From: Escherichia phage Ptacy1532
Sequence record: PQ863255.1
Direction: 5' to 3' (one strand)
Length of the DNA: 64,000 bases
The position numbers were made by a program, and so were the translations under genes. Within the stretch, counting starts at the first letter, position 1; every line of letters begins with the position of its first letter. This document shows, piece after piece, positions 9,397-20,255 of this stretch. Below the pieces are notes generated by a model that was given only the letters and a program-made list of their open reading frames with translations, did no database searches and had not been told where the DNA came from.

Positions 9397-12300
9397 ATGA
9401 TCAGTTACAACAACTCAGCACCTAATGCGGTTAATAACGTAGGTCAATTTGGTGCTACAGAAGGCTCTATCGGTGCTTACAAGTCAGCAGCTGAATATGC
9501 AGCTGATTCTAAATACTGGGCGATGCTTTCTCAAAAGAACTACAACAATATTGGTGAGATTCTTAAAGAAGTAGAGAGACTTTATTCAGAAGGCGAGCTG
9601 CTGAAAGCAGATATTGAACAACTCAAATCTGATTTTGAAAACCAAAACCAAATACTTCTAGGACTCATTCAGCAAACTGGTGAAGCTATTGACGACACTA
9701 ATACCGCTATTGGTGAAGCTAATGCAGCAACAGACCGAGCCAATCAAGCAGTACAAGACGTTCTTACTCAGTTAGATAAGATTTCTAATATGTCTGTTGT
9801 TGCCACCACTCTTCCTCCGGGAGCGCCTGCAACTGGAAGTTTTGATAACAGCACAGGTGTTTTCTCCTTCGGTATCCCTGAGGGTCAACCCGGTAAAGAT
9901 GGTAAAGACGGAACGGACGGTACAATCTCTGATATTGGGGATGTTGCCATAAGCACTCCTGTGGCTGATGATTACGGATTCTTTGTGGATAAAGATGATG
10001 GTGGTTTGTATCGAACTCCGATGAGCGAGATTGCTAAGCTAGTTCCGGCAGTGATTAGTTTCAATGGTCGTACTGGTCCAGTTGTTCCAGCTGCTGGGGA
10101 TTATACGGTAAGTCAAGTTACGGGTGCAGCTGCTTCTGGCGTTAACAACGACATTAACCAAATTCGTGGATTAACCACCGCTCTGTCTGTAGCTCAAGGT
10201 GGCACAGGTGCTAAGAATGCAGATGACGCTAGAACTAACCTATCTGCAATGCTTGACTCTAAAACAGGGCTTTCTAGTACAACCGATCTTAATACTCTGA
10301 ATGGAACAAAAGCAGGTTTCTATTACCAACCTATGTCAGCTTATGCTACCACCGAGTTGAACTATCCTGTACCACTGGCAGGATCTTTACTAGTTGTGAA
10401 AACTGGAGCAAACACTGGGTACTCATGTAAGCAAGTTTATAGTTTGTATGATAACCCAAATGTAACATATTCGCGGGTGCTTAATGCTAGCGCAGGTCCG
10501 ACCTCTCCTTGGTCTGCATGGAAACGTCATATATTTACTGAGAGAGTAGAAGAGGGAGCTTCCGCTACTTTCATGTATTCCACTTATTCTCCGGATGCTC
10601 CTAGACTTCAGGTTGGGACTAATGGTTTGTGGGGGTGTCATAACGGAACTAACTGGGTTTCTTTGGCCTTGGCTCAAGGTGGTACTGGGGCAACAACAGC
10701 AGCTGGTGCTCGAGCTAATTTAAACTTGGATAGATTTGGGGCAATTGGCTCTGAGACTCAAATGTTTTCTCCTAGCGGTAGTAAGAAAATCATTATTACT
10801 AATGACAAATGGGGAGCTTATGACATTGCTGCTGCCAAATACCTCCCTTTAGGTATTGACCAAGGTGGTACAGGTGGTGGAACAGCTGATGCAGCTCGTA
10901 TGTCTCTTGTTGCTGCTAAAAGTGGGGCTAACTCTGATATAACCTCAATGACTAATGTGGTCAATTTCACTCAGTCTCCAACAATCCCTGATGCAGTGTC
11001 TTCTAATGAACCTGTTGCTCTTGGACAACTCTCTACAGAGACTGCCGCTTTGGATACGAAGATTACAGAAGCTAAAGATGCTGCTGCTGCTGCTAACACT
11101 AATGCTAACAGTAGGGTTCTTACTTCTCAGCTTTCAAACACATCTGAAGTAGCTCAAGGAGATGCTTTAGTGGGGGTTATGGCTCCCTTCACTGGTGCTA
11201 CTGCTCGTACTCAGCACGACAAGAACCTTGATGTAATCTCTATAGCTGATTTTGGTGGTGGTACAAGCTTGTTAGATAATGGTACTGCTCTTCAAAGAGC
11301 TGTCACTTATGCAGCAACCGCATCCGGTAATAATCGTGGTATGGTCTATATTCCTCCAGGAGTGTGGAATTTTACTTCCGGTGTATCTGTTCCGGGTAAC
11401 GTTTCTATTAAAGGGGCTGGGGTTGGTTCAACCCAATTAAAAATAAACTCTGCAAACTTGGTTTTGTTTGATATTGGTAATGGAACGAATAACCCGAACA
11501 ACGTCAGCATCTCGGATTTGCATGTTCTTGTAAGTTCTACTTGCACAGCAAACCCTTTATTCCGTTTTAGAAATGGATACAATTGTGGTATTGATAACAT
11601 CCGTGTTGATGGACCTTGGTACGATCTTATCCACTTCCGTGGTGGTTCTGCTCAGTTCATCTATCGTGTCTCGGATAGTATTCTAAATGGGACTACTACT
11701 AGCCGTCACACAATAACCATCGGTGAATCCTCAGCAGATGGTGTTGTTCAAGATGTGTTCTTAACAAACTTAGTTCTTGGTGGGAAAACCACTGGATATG
11801 GTGTTTATGAAAAATACTCTTCTGGTGTATATGCTACTAATGTTGACTCTCTTACTGTCAACGTAGGCTGGGCTTGGGAACCTGCTACTGGGTGCTACTG
11901 CAAAGGTAGTTTCTACACTGCAATCCTAGGAGATACTAACTCTACGGCTGGTCTTAGAATTAGACCTCAGGCTGGTACAACAGTTAGCGACTTAACTTTC
12001 AATGGGTGTTGGGCAAGTTCCGCTGGGTCTAACAGTTCTCATCATGGTTTGATCATTGATAGTTCTGCTGGTACTGTAGCAAACATTAGCTTTAATGGTT
12101 TAACTGCTGTGAATAACAAAGGTCATGGTGTCTACATTAATGGATCTACCAATGGATACGGTTATGAGTTCACAAACCTTAGTGTTTCTAATAACAGTCA
12201 AGCTGGTGCTTCTCTGTGTAGTGGTATGAAAATTGTAGCCGGTTCTTCTCACATAAACATTTCTAATGGTCATGCGGGTGGTACTCTTGGTTTAGGTACA

Positions 12301-12681
12301 AACAACCAAGCCTATGGTATTGACGTTGAGGCTGGTACTGGCAACTCTATTAAAATTGTAAACATGGAGATGCACAATAATAAGCTCGGGGCTATGAATT
12401 TTGGGGCAACTGGTCCTTACAATAGGATTGAAGGGTGTTCACCTTTTAGAACTCGTATGAAAGGGTCAGTAGAGCTTAAAAATGGTACATCCTCTATTAC
12501 AGTAAACCCAGGTTTGAACAGACCGTTCGGTGGTGCTGATGTGCAGGTTACTCCTACTACAGATCTAGGCGCTTTGCGCTATTGGGTTACCCAGAGTGGG
12601 AATAGTTTTACCATCAATACCAATGCTAACGTCAGCGGTGGTCAGTGGTTCTCTTGGGCTGTTGATGCATCTTATAGTTAA
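9397..12681 (+). CDS. tail fibre / tailspike protein with beta-helix domain
   Basis: 1094 aa; three copies of a GGTGA..A.AR.NL repeat typical of phage tail-fibre repeats; C-terminal half rich in N/G/S/T repeats consistent with a right-handed beta-helix. Confidence 0.65.
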   Translation: MISYNNSAPNAVNNVGQFGATEGSIGAYKSAAEYAADSKYWAMLSQKNYNNIGEILKEVERLYSEGELLKADIEQLKSDFENQNQILLGLIQQTGEAIDDTNTAIGEANAATDRANQAVQDVLTQLDKISNMSVVATTLPPGAPATGSFDNSTGVFSFGIPEGQPGKDGKDGTDGTISDIGDVAISTPVADDYGFFVDKDDGGLYRTPMSEIAKLVPAVISFNGRTGPVVPAAGDYTVSQVTGAAASGVNNDINQIRGLTTALSVAQGGTGAKNADDARTNLSAMLDSKTGLSSTTDLNTLNGTKAGFYYQPMSAYATTELNYPVPLAGSLLVVKTGANTGYSCKQVYSLYDNPNVTYSRVLNASAGPTSPWSAWKRHIFTERVEEGASATFMYSTYSPDAPRLQVGTNGLWGCHNGTNWVSLALAQGGTGATTAAGARANLNLDRFGAIGSETQMFSPSGSKKIIITNDKWGAYDIAAAKYLPLGIDQGGTGGGTADAARMSLVAAKSGANSDITSMTNVVNFTQSPTIPDAVSSNEPVALGQLSTETAALDTKITEAKDAAAAANTNANSRVLTSQLSNTSEVAQGDALVGVMAPFTGATARTQHDKNLDVISIADFGGGTSLLDNGTALQRAVTYAATASGNNRGMVYIPPGVWNFTSGVSVPGNVSIKGAGVGSTQLKINSANLVLFDIGNGTNNPNNVSISDLHVLVSSTCTANPLFRFRNGYNCGIDNIRVDGPWYDLIHFRGGSAQFIYRVSDSILNGTTTSRHTITIGESSADGVVQDVFLTNLVLGGKTTGYGVYEKYSSGVYATNVDSLTVNVGWAWEPATGCYCKGSFYTAILGDTNSTAGLRIRPQAGTTVSDLTFNGCWASSAGSNSSHHGLIIDSSAGTVANISFNGLTAVNNKGHGVYINGSTNGYGYEFTNLSVSNNSQAGASLCSGMKIVAGSSHINISNGHAGGTLGLGTNNQAYGIDVEAGTGNSIKIVNMEMHNNKLGAMNFGATGPYNRIEGCSPFRTRMKGSVELKNGTSSITVNPGLNRPFGGADVQVTPTTDLGALRYWVTQSGNSFTINTNANVSGGQWFSWAVDASYS

Positions 12682-12688
12682 TTCTAAT

Positions 12689-12708
12689 AACCCTCTTCGG
12701 AGGGTTTT
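12689..12708 (+). terminator. putative terminator
   Basis: CCCTC-TTCG-GAGGG stem-loop followed by TTTTAG. Confidence 0.45.
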
Positions 12709-12777
12709 AGTAGTACTTAGGTGAGACAGATAATGAATTCAATATGAATGAAAGGTTAATACATAGGAGACACTCAA

Positions 12778-12996
12778 ATGAAAATGATGAAACAAGCTGT
12801 ATACGGTTTAGTTTGTCTAGGTGCTGGAGTTGTTGTATCAACAGCGGTTCCAGTCAGTGCAGTCCATCCACTTGTCACTTCTCCTGCTCCAGTAGAGAAG
12901 CTTAGTTCGCAGTGTAAGCAGAGAACTATTCAAAACAATTTGGTTGTTATTTGTCCTGATGCTGAATCTAACGCTCTGAGAAAGATACTACCTTAA
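12778..12996 (+). CDS. small membrane protein, possible holin
   Basis: 72 aa; N-terminal hydrophobic segment VYGLVCLGAGVVVSTAVPV; AGGAGA SD; directly upstream of endolysin. Confidence 0.3.
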   Translation: MKMMKQAVYGLVCLGAGVVVSTAVPVSAVHPLVTSPAPVEKLSSQCKQRTIQNNLVVICPDAESNALRKILP

Positions 12997-13025
12997 TTTA
13001 AAGGGACCACGAAAGGAGGTTAGAA

Positions 13026-13517
13026 ATGGATAACGTCGCATTGCCACCTGTACAATTAAACTTAAGCCCAGCTGGAATGGAATTCATCATGAAGCATGAG
13101 GGTATGAGAACCAAGGCTTATAAAGATTCCGCAGGCATCTGGACGATATGTGTAGGGGCTACGCGCGATATGAATGGTTATCCGGTTAGGCAAGGATTAA
13201 CATATTCTATAGAGGATTGTCTAGCTCTGCTAGATAGAGACACACAAGACTCTGTTCGTGCTACTCAGAAAAACATAAGGGTTCCTTTGCTAGTTCATGA
13301 ATTTGATGCACTCACATCTTTCAATTTTAATGTGGGAAGTGGTGCACTAAGTACATCCAAGCTAAGGAAAGTTATCAATGGGGAAGTTAAGGGTGATATA
13401 TACTCAGAGTTTCTTCGTTGGGATAAAATTACGGTGAAAGGAAAGAAGCAGAGAAGTCAGGGTCTTCATAACAGAAGGGTTGCGGAAGCTGATCTTTATA
13501 CCGAAGGTAAATATTAA
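13026..13517 (+). CDS. endolysin, GH24 lysozyme family
   Basis: 163 aa; MKHEG...YKDSAGIWTICVG motif region matches the T4/P22-type lysozyme catalytic core; AAGGAGG SD. Confidence 0.8.
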   Translation: MDNVALPPVQLNLSPAGMEFIMKHEGMRTKAYKDSAGIWTICVGATRDMNGYPVRQGLTYSIEDCLALLDRDTQDSVRATQKNIRVPLLVHEFDALTSFNFNVGSGALSTSKLRKVINGEVKGDIYSEFLRWDKITVKGKKQRSQGLHNRRVAEADLYTEGKY

Positions 13518-13529
13518 TGGAGGTGCCTT

Positions 13530-14333
13530 TTGGCTATTGAAACTAATGCGGTCGTCATTACTGACCTAAACCCGCTCTATCCCAGAGATAGGGATTATAT
13601 CTACGAAGGGGCGGCTCAAATCCGCCTCATCAAACAAACACTAAAGAACACATTCCCTAATGTCACTGAACCTGTTGAGATTGATTCTGATACATTTAAG
13701 ATCATGTCAGAGAAACTCAAATTTACCGGTGATGCAATGGATGTTGGCGGTCTTATGATTAAGAACGCTGCTCCGGGAACTGGAGATAAAGATGTTGTTA
13801 CTAAAGGCCAGATGGAGGCTTTTATGAACAACTGGATGGAAAATAAAGTATTCCGTATTGGGTCTTACTATATCACTGAAGAAGATGTTAATCCGGGTGA
13901 TTCTATCTCTCTTGGGTTTGGCTCTTGGGCTAAAGTTACTGGCGTTATCATGGGTACTGGTGTTGTCAACCCTGATGGTACAGTTCCTAATGCCTCTAGG
14001 GTTGAGTTTACTTCTGGGGCTACTGGTGGTAGGATTTTCAACACAGTTCAAACAGAGAACTTACCGTTGATGACTATTAATGGTTCGAGCTTTTCTGTTT
14101 CCAGTAACACTCACGCACACAACATTAACTTTGGTCGTGGGGATGCTAGCGGTCACAATAGTTCCCCTAACTGGTATAGTCCCGGTTCTGGATTTACCCA
14201 CAGAACAGAGTCTGATACTCACACCCACACAATATCTGGTTCTGTTAGTTTTGGACGTGACGACATATCTCGTCAACCTATTAACACTTTGCCACCATTC
14301 AGAGCGGCTCACATCTGGAGACGTATTAGCTAA
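13530..14333 (+). CDS. tail fibre protein (putative)
   Basis: 267 aa; TTG start with GGAGG SD; C-terminal His-x-His repeats (HAHNINFG, HTHTISG) as seen in fibre tips. Confidence 0.45.
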   Translation: MAIETNAVVITDLNPLYPRDRDYIYEGAAQIRLIKQTLKNTFPNVTEPVEIDSDTFKIMSEKLKFTGDAMDVGGLMIKNAAPGTGDKDVVTKGQMEAFMNNWMENKVFRIGSYYITEEDVNPGDSISLGFGSWAKVTGVIMGTGVVNPDGTVPNASRVEFTSGATGGRIFNTVQTENLPLMTINGSSFSVSSNTHAHNINFGRGDASGHNSSPNWYSPGSGFTHRTESDTHTHTISGSVSFGRDDISRQPINTLPPFRAAHIWRRIS

Positions 14334-14342
14334 GGAGGAATT

Positions 14343-17300
14343 ATGGCGTTGTATCCAATAAAATCACTCGGTGCTGTCGGTGTTATTGCTGACCAAGCAC
14401 CTACTGATTTAGCTCCTAATGCTTTCACTAACGCTATAAACGCTCGGTTTGTTGAGCAGAGAGTTTTTAAGACGGGGGGCAACGCCCCTCTTTCTTACGT
14501 AGATGAAGATAAAGATTTAACTCCTCTGTCTTTCATATCTATGCCTTTCGATTACTATAGTGCAGGTAATAGCTTTCTTATTGTAGGCACTGACAAGAAG
14601 CTATATAAACTGACAGATGAAAGCTTGACTGATATCAGCAGAAAAGTCGCTACGGTGACTAAAAAAGCCTCTGCTACTATCAAAATATATCCTGTGGTCT
14701 CTAGGATTACCCCTAAAGAGTCTACTATTTCCATGAACTTCAATCAAACTAAATCTTTAGAAGTTACAATATCTCCAGAAGATGCTAATAATCCTGAACT
14801 TGTTTGGAGTGTTAGTAACCCTTCTTACGGTCAGATTACTGTAGACCCTACTGACTCTAAGAAAGCCTCTTTGACCTCTTTGAATAAAGAAGGCAATCTC
14901 GTAGTGACGGTCCAGACTAAAGATGAATCTGTATCAGCTCAGATTGCTGTCAATATTATTGACGGAGACTCAGGTATCTTCTTGAGTCAAGATACTGTAA
15001 CAGTTCGTAAAGGTGGTAATACCACAATAACTGCGGTGACTGGTAAAACTCCTGTAAGTTGGTCCACTACTAACGGTTCTATCGTTTCTGTGACTCCTAA
15101 TGCTAACACACTCACGGCAGTGCTTGTTGCTAATGGAGAAGGAACAGCAACTATCACAGCGGATAACGGAACTAAAACTGCATCATGCGTTGTTAATGTA
15201 ATACCACAGATTGACAGTATCACTCTGAGTCAAACAGATGTTACCATTAACAGAGGGACTCAATATATTCTTACAGCTACAGTATCTCCAACGAATGCTC
15301 CTAATAAAAACATAACATGGACTTCCTCTAACCCGAATATTGCTACAGTATCTGGTACAGGTACAGAGGCAACCATTACTGCGATTACAGCTGGCTTCAC
15401 TGAGATTACCGCTACTACTCAAGAAGGCAGCAGAACCGCTGTCTGTACAGTTCGTGTAGATTTGTCTGGAAGGATGATGAGAACCTCTCTTATGGCTATG
15501 TCTTCTACTGAACCAGATGCTCCAGAAGTGGTTGAGGATGTAGTAGTTCCTGAGTCAGAAGAGGTTTTGTATTTTGCATCACCTTCCTCTGGGATAGATA
15601 CTACTGGAATGTCTGAAGGGAATAGCTTCTATGATTATTCAAACGTGGATGACATGGAGGGTTTTGCAAGAGCTTCTCTTTTTGCCACCCCTTTAGATTC
15701 TGTAACGTTAGATGTAGTTAGTGCTTCTCTGGATGTAGGAGAGGAGATTGTTATTACAGCTACAGCTTCTCCAGAGGGTGATTATTCTTACTTGTGGTCT
15801 GTTGATAAGACTGGGTATGTATCGACTACTTCTGTAACTGGTAAGTCTATAAAACTTACAGCTCTTCGTAAAGGTGAGATTAACATAACATGTTCTGTCA
15901 GTCAAATGACACAGAGGGATTATGATGCGTTTGATGACTACCCTTGGTATCATGCTGTTATATCGAACTGTGTTGTTGCTACTACTCACTATGAAACCCC
16001 TCAAGTAAAAGAGTTCGAGTCTGAATACTTTACCGACCTTCCGGGATGGGGAGAACAAACAGTAGTAGATAACGATGGGAACCCCTCGGTTAAGAAGTTC
16101 AACTGGAAGTGTGAAAGGGTTCGCTCTTTTAATAACAGACTCTTTGCTCTGAACATGAGGGAGTCAAACGCTTCTGGCGTTACAACTAACTACCCGCTTC
16201 GTCTTCGTTGGTCTAATTTTGCTAATGAGAACAAAGCTCCTACATTGTGGGATGACTTTGCCTACGATCGTTTAGTAACGTCTGACTTAGCTTCGAATAT
16301 AGTCGGGCAGACTGAAGCTCTGGAAAATGGTTATGCTGGTTACATTGATTTAGCAGACTCCAATGGCAGCTTGATTGATATCCTACCTCTTAAAGATTAC
16401 TTGTTCGTTTACACGGAGTTTGAAACGTATATTGGTTCTCCAACTAATAACACATACCAACCTCTAATGTTCAAGAAACTCTTTAACGATTCAGGTATCC
16501 TTGCCCCTGAGTGTGTAGTAGAAGTTGAAGGCAGCCATTTCGTTGTTACTCAGAATGATGTGATCTTGCATAATGGTGCAACTAAGAAGTCAATTGCTTC
16601 CAACCGTGTCAAGAATATGCTGATTAACGAGATATGTCTGGTCAACCCATTAGCTACCAGAGTTCACTTACATCAAGATAAAAAGGAGGTTTGGATTCTT
16701 TATGTAGGTCCGGGAGAGCCTAAGGAAAGTTATGCTTGTACTAAAGCTGCTGTATGGAATTATGAGTTTGATACTTGGTCTTTCCGTACTATTCCTTATG
16801 CTCAATGTATCGGTTTGGTTGATCCTCCTGTTCTTGAAAGAGGTCCGATCTGGGCTGACTTCCAAGAGATTTCTTGGGATGACCCATCAATCAAAGAGCT
16901 TGTCTGGAGAAAAGATGCAACAAACTTCCGTCAGAGGATAACCATAGTAGGTTCTTTCTTACGTGGATTCTATCAAGTGGATATAGGTTCTTTAGACTAT
17001 TTCTATGACAGGCTTAATGATGTTGTTATAGAAAAACCTCTTGAGATGAGATTAGAGAGAACAGGTATTGACTTTGATAACATCACAAATGAGTGGAATC
17101 AGAAGCATGTTAACAGGTTTAGACCTCAAACCACAGGCTCTGGGACTTACACATTCGAAGCAGGAGGTAGTCAATTCTCAAACGAATATGGTCATCCACA
17201 CACATCTAAAACATACACAATCGGTGTTGATAGGCATGTCTCTGTGAGACTGAACCATCCATACCTTTTCTATAATGTTATAGATAATGATGTTAACAGT

Positions 17301-17354
17301 AATGCTGCTATCAATGGTTTAACGATAGAGTTTGCTGTTGGCGGGCGGAGATAA
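14343..17354 (+). CDS. large structural protein with Ig-like (Big_2) domains
   Basis: 1003 aa; AAGGAGG SD; several repeated segments of the type TVTVSP....WSVSNPS..A.V typical of Ig-like group 2 domains. Confidence 0.55.
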   Translation: MALYPIKSLGAVGVIADQAPTDLAPNAFTNAINARFVEQRVFKTGGNAPLSYVDEDKDLTPLSFISMPFDYYSAGNSFLIVGTDKKLYKLTDESLTDISRKVATVTKKASATIKIYPVVSRITPKESTISMNFNQTKSLEVTISPEDANNPELVWSVSNPSYGQITVDPTDSKKASLTSLNKEGNLVVTVQTKDESVSAQIAVNIIDGDSGIFLSQDTVTVRKGGNTTITAVTGKTPVSWSTTNGSIVSVTPNANTLTAVLVANGEGTATITADNGTKTASCVVNVIPQIDSITLSQTDVTINRGTQYILTATVSPTNAPNKNITWTSSNPNIATVSGTGTEATITAITAGFTEITATTQEGSRTAVCTVRVDLSGRMMRTSLMAMSSTEPDAPEVVEDVVVPESEEVLYFASPSSGIDTTGMSEGNSFYDYSNVDDMEGFARASLFATPLDSVTLDVVSASLDVGEEIVITATASPEGDYSYLWSVDKTGYVSTTSVTGKSIKLTALRKGEINITCSVSQMTQRDYDAFDDYPWYHAVISNCVVATTHYETPQVKEFESEYFTDLPGWGEQTVVDNDGNPSVKKFNWKCERVRSFNNRLFALNMRESNASGVTTNYPLRLRWSNFANENKAPTLWDDFAYDRLVTSDLASNIVGQTEALENGYAGYIDLADSNGSLIDILPLKDYLFVYTEFETYIGSPTNNTYQPLMFKKLFNDSGILAPECVVEVEGSHFVVTQNDVILHNGATKKSIASNRVKNMLINEICLVNPLATRVHLHQDKKEVWILYVGPGEPKESYACTKAAVWNYEFDTWSFRTIPYAQCIGLVDPPVLERGPIWADFQEISWDDPSIKELVWRKDATNFRQRITIVGSFLRGFYQVDIGSLDYFYDRLNDVVIEKPLEMRLERTGIDFDNITNEWNQKHVNRFRPQTTGSGTYTFEAGGSQFSNEYGHPHTSKTYTIGVDRHVSVRLNHPYLFYNVIDNDVNSNAAINGLTIEFAVGGRR

Positions 17355-17358
17355 CAAC

Positions 17359-17388
17359 AAGGGGCTTCGTGCCCCTTTTATTGTTTTG
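17359..17388 (+). terminator. putative terminator
   Basis: GGGGC-TTCGT-GCCCC stem-loop followed by TTTTATTGTTTT. Confidence 0.45.
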
Positions 17389-17397
17389 GAGGAACTT

Positions 17398-18408
17398 ATG
17401 GGTGCAGGTGGTTTTCGTAAGAACACAGGTCGCAACAACACCACACTCCCGTACAACGTTGGGTTTCTCAATAATGTACAGGATACAGAAAATTATAACG
17501 TGGCTGTGTATGATGAACTACAGAAAGTAAGCACAGCTACTAATCAGATGTTCCAAGCTATAGATGAGATTCATGATGAAATTGATGTTCGTATCAAAGC
17601 TCTAAATGCGATGAATCTACAGTTTGATGAACTTGAGAATAGAATCACTACAGAGATTGAAACTGCTATTGCAGATATTCAAACACAGATGGGTAATCTA
17701 TCCACTGATGACATTTGGGATAACTCAGTACAACCACCTGTCAAACTTGAAAGTTCTATTTCAGGGATTAAGACGAGCATTGAAGGGAATGACTTAAAGA
17801 TTCAAACTGTTCAAGGCATCGTCAATGATCAAGGGGAGGAGATAGCTCTAGTCCAAACAGAACTGACTTCACAGGGGCAACAGATTACAGATGTTGATGG
17901 AAGAGTTACTACAGTACAAAACTCTCTTTCTCAATATATGAAGTTATCCGAATATGAAGCCACTTGGGGTGTCAACTCTTCTGTAAACGGAAAATATGCT
18001 GGGGTTAAATTGACTAACAATGGAGTTAACAGCAAGTTCCAAGTAACAGCAGATAAGTTTGTTGTTGGTAATGGAACAACAGGGAACACTCCTTTTGTTT
18101 TTGAAAATGGTAGAGCAAAGATGGAGTTTGCTGATATAAAAAATGTCAACATAACTACTGCTCAGATCGCTAATGCTAGAATACAGTGGGCCCAAATTGA
18201 TAATGTCAACATCACAAACGCACAAATTCAGAGTTTGTCCGCTGATAAAATTACAGCTGGTTCTATGAGTGGGTCTAATTGGAGACTAACTGTTGGTGGT
18301 GATTTTGTCTTGGGTGGTACGGGTGGTTCTCAATTATGGATGAATGGAAGCAGAATGGATTTTTATGATGGAAGTGGTGTTCTCAGAATAAGAATAGGGA
18401 GTTGGTAA
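17398..18408 (+). CDS. virion/tail protein with coiled-coil N-terminus
   Basis: ORF track 17332..18408; start moved to ATG 17398, which has GGAGG SD and lies after the terminator hairpin. Confidence 0.45.
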   Translation: MGAGGFRKNTGRNNTTLPYNVGFLNNVQDTENYNVAVYDELQKVSTATNQMFQAIDEIHDEIDVRIKALNAMNLQFDELENRITTEIETAIADIQTQMGNLSTDDIWDNSVQPPVKLESSISGIKTSIEGNDLKIQTVQGIVNDQGEEIALVQTELTSQGQQITDVDGRVTTVQNSLSQYMKLSEYEATWGVNSSVNGKYAGVKLTNNGVNSKFQVTADKFVVGNGTTGNTPFVFENGRAKMEFADIKNVNITTAQIANARIQWAQIDNVNITNAQIQSLSADKITAGSMSGSNWRLTVGGDFVLGGTGGSQLWMNGSRMDFYDGSGVLRIRIGSW

Positions 18409-18409
18409 C

Positions 18410-19444
18410 ATGGCTTATGGAATATGGACAAGACCTGTCGGTCCCGGACCTGCGGCAGCTTCTGATATTTACATTGACAGTAATTCTACTTTCCCTCAAT
18501 TTAAGAACAGGGTTAGTGGTAATTATAACTTTAATGGGGGCAGTAGAGATTTCCCTATTTCTGGATGGGATGGCTCAGGCCAAATCGTTGTAGTCCCTAC
18601 CGGCTCTTTGTGTTGGCAATGGGAAGTCCCTCCTAACCTCGTCCCTGATGTGTATGTTGTAAACAATATCAGTATTGTAAATAACTCAACTTTCAGGGTT
18701 AGCATAAACATGAATCCCGGAAGTAACCCGCTGTTTGACGTGGCTTTCAATGTATATCAAATATGGCCTAGAGCCAATAGAAACTATGGTATAACCTTTT
18801 CAAACACAGCTGATTACTTCTCTATATCAGATGCTGGAGTTGTTGGTCAATGCATTTGGGCTTGGGAAGGAAATATTAATGGCTCTATGCAAGTTCCTGC
18901 CATTAGTGGTTTTGATATGTCAAGAGCTTCGGTATTTGCTAACTGGTCTGGAGGGCAAGGTTTACTATACGATGCAGGTAGTCGTAATATCAGAGTTTAT
19001 CAAAATAGAACATACGACAATGGAAACAACAACCAAACAGGTACAATTAACAATGTTAGGGTTGCAGTATTCTGTGATGGGGCTGGAGTCCCTACGCACA
19101 ACGGTGGATTGAATATCTACTCACCTAATGGTTCTCAATGCGTATTTTCTACCTACAGGACGCCTTTTATAGTTGATCGTTTTATGGCTATGAGTGGAGG
19201 GGATACTGGATTATCATACCCTATGATTCCTCTGACAAATGGGGCTGGTTCGATTAGAGGTCAAGCTGGTAGTTGGTATTTCCAACACGCAAGATCCCAT
19301 ATAATGAACGGGTCTTCTTTTGGCACAGGGTATGGTCGATATATGTTCCAGTGGGATAGAAGTTACGATATGGGTGGTGGTGGAGCTATCTCCCTTCAGG
19401 TTCCAGTGCTAGATGCTAGGAAGATTTTTAGAAGCATACAATAA
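18410..19444 (+). CDS. virion structural protein (putative)
   Basis: 344-aa ORF with AGGGAG SD in tail gene block. Confidence 0.45.
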   Translation: MAYGIWTRPVGPGPAAASDIYIDSNSTFPQFKNRVSGNYNFNGGSRDFPISGWDGSGQIVVVPTGSLCWQWEVPPNLVPDVYVVNNISIVNNSTFRVSINMNPGSNPLFDVAFNVYQIWPRANRNYGITFSNTADYFSISDAGVVGQCIWAWEGNINGSMQVPAISGFDMSRASVFANWSGGQGLLYDAGSRNIRVYQNRTYDNGNNNQTGTINNVRVAVFCDGAGVPTHNGGLNIYSPNGSQCVFSTYRTPFIVDRFMAMSGGDTGLSYPMIPLTNGAGSIRGQAGSWYFQHARSHIMNGSSFGTGYGRYMFQWDRSYDMGGGGAISLQVPVLDARKIFRSIQ

Positions 19445-19453
19445 GGAGAACTT

Positions 19454-20236
19454 ATGGCAATTAGAATGGGTATAGAAGAACTAGACCCGATGGTTCAACA
19501 GGCTTCAAAGAAGTATGGTATACCAGCTGCTTTGATTCATGCTGTAATTCAAAGGGAGTCTAGTGGTCATCCTAAGGTGGCTTCCGGAACTGGTCCTGTT
19601 GGTTTGATGCAGATCAGTAAAGGATTAGCCAAAGATTATGGTTACAAGCTAGAAGATAGGCTTGACCCAGCCAAGAATATCGATATGGGTGCTCGTTACA
19701 TCAGAGATAACCTGAAAGCTTTTAATGGTGATGTTAGGAAGGCAATGGTTGGCTACTCAGAGGGAACTGGTGGTGCTAAGCAGATGTTCGCTGGTAAGAA
19801 AGGATTTACCCCTCAGGCTCTTGACTCAATGAACAACAAACACTTTCTTCCTTTCTATGGTGATGCAGCTTCTCAGATTGCTAACCCTATTGGGGCTTTA
19901 CAAGCTGTTCAACCAGTTAATCAGTTTAATCCTGACTTGTTAGACAGAGAGAAGGCTGCACAAGCTCCAACTCAGGCAGAGATTGCTGCTTCTAAGACAG
20001 GTGCTTTAGGAGGTAATCCTGTAGAGTTCTACTCTGATGAAGTGCAGGAAGGAGAAGATCAGAAGCCTCAACAGAACTTTGGTAATGCAGTATTAGAGGT
20101 AGCTGCTATGCTTGCTGGTAAACCTCCTACTTCTCAAACAGTTCAGAGGGCAAGTGCACCACATGCAGCAGGTTCTCAGTACAGTCCACAAACACAAGCA
20201 GTGCTCAGACGTTTGGCTAGCATTGGTGTAAAGTAA
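19454..20236 (+). CDS. lytic transglycosylase (SLT domain), probable virion-associated
   Basis: 260 aa; ...VIQRESSGHP...GLMQIS... matches SLT catalytic Glu and GLMQ motifs; AAGGAGA SD. Confidence 0.7.
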   Translation: MAIRMGIEELDPMVQQASKKYGIPAALIHAVIQRESSGHPKVASGTGPVGLMQISKGLAKDYGYKLEDRLDPAKNIDMGARYIRDNLKAFNGDVRKAMVGYSEGTGGAKQMFAGKKGFTPQALDSMNNKHFLPFYGDAASQIANPIGALQAVQPVNQFNPDLLDREKAAQAPTQAEIAASKTGALGGNPVEFYSDEVQEGEDQKPQQNFGNAVLEVAAMLAGKPPTSQTVQRASAPHAAGSQYSPQTQAVLRRLASIGVK

Positions 20237-20255
20237 TAATCTTTAAGGAGGACTT

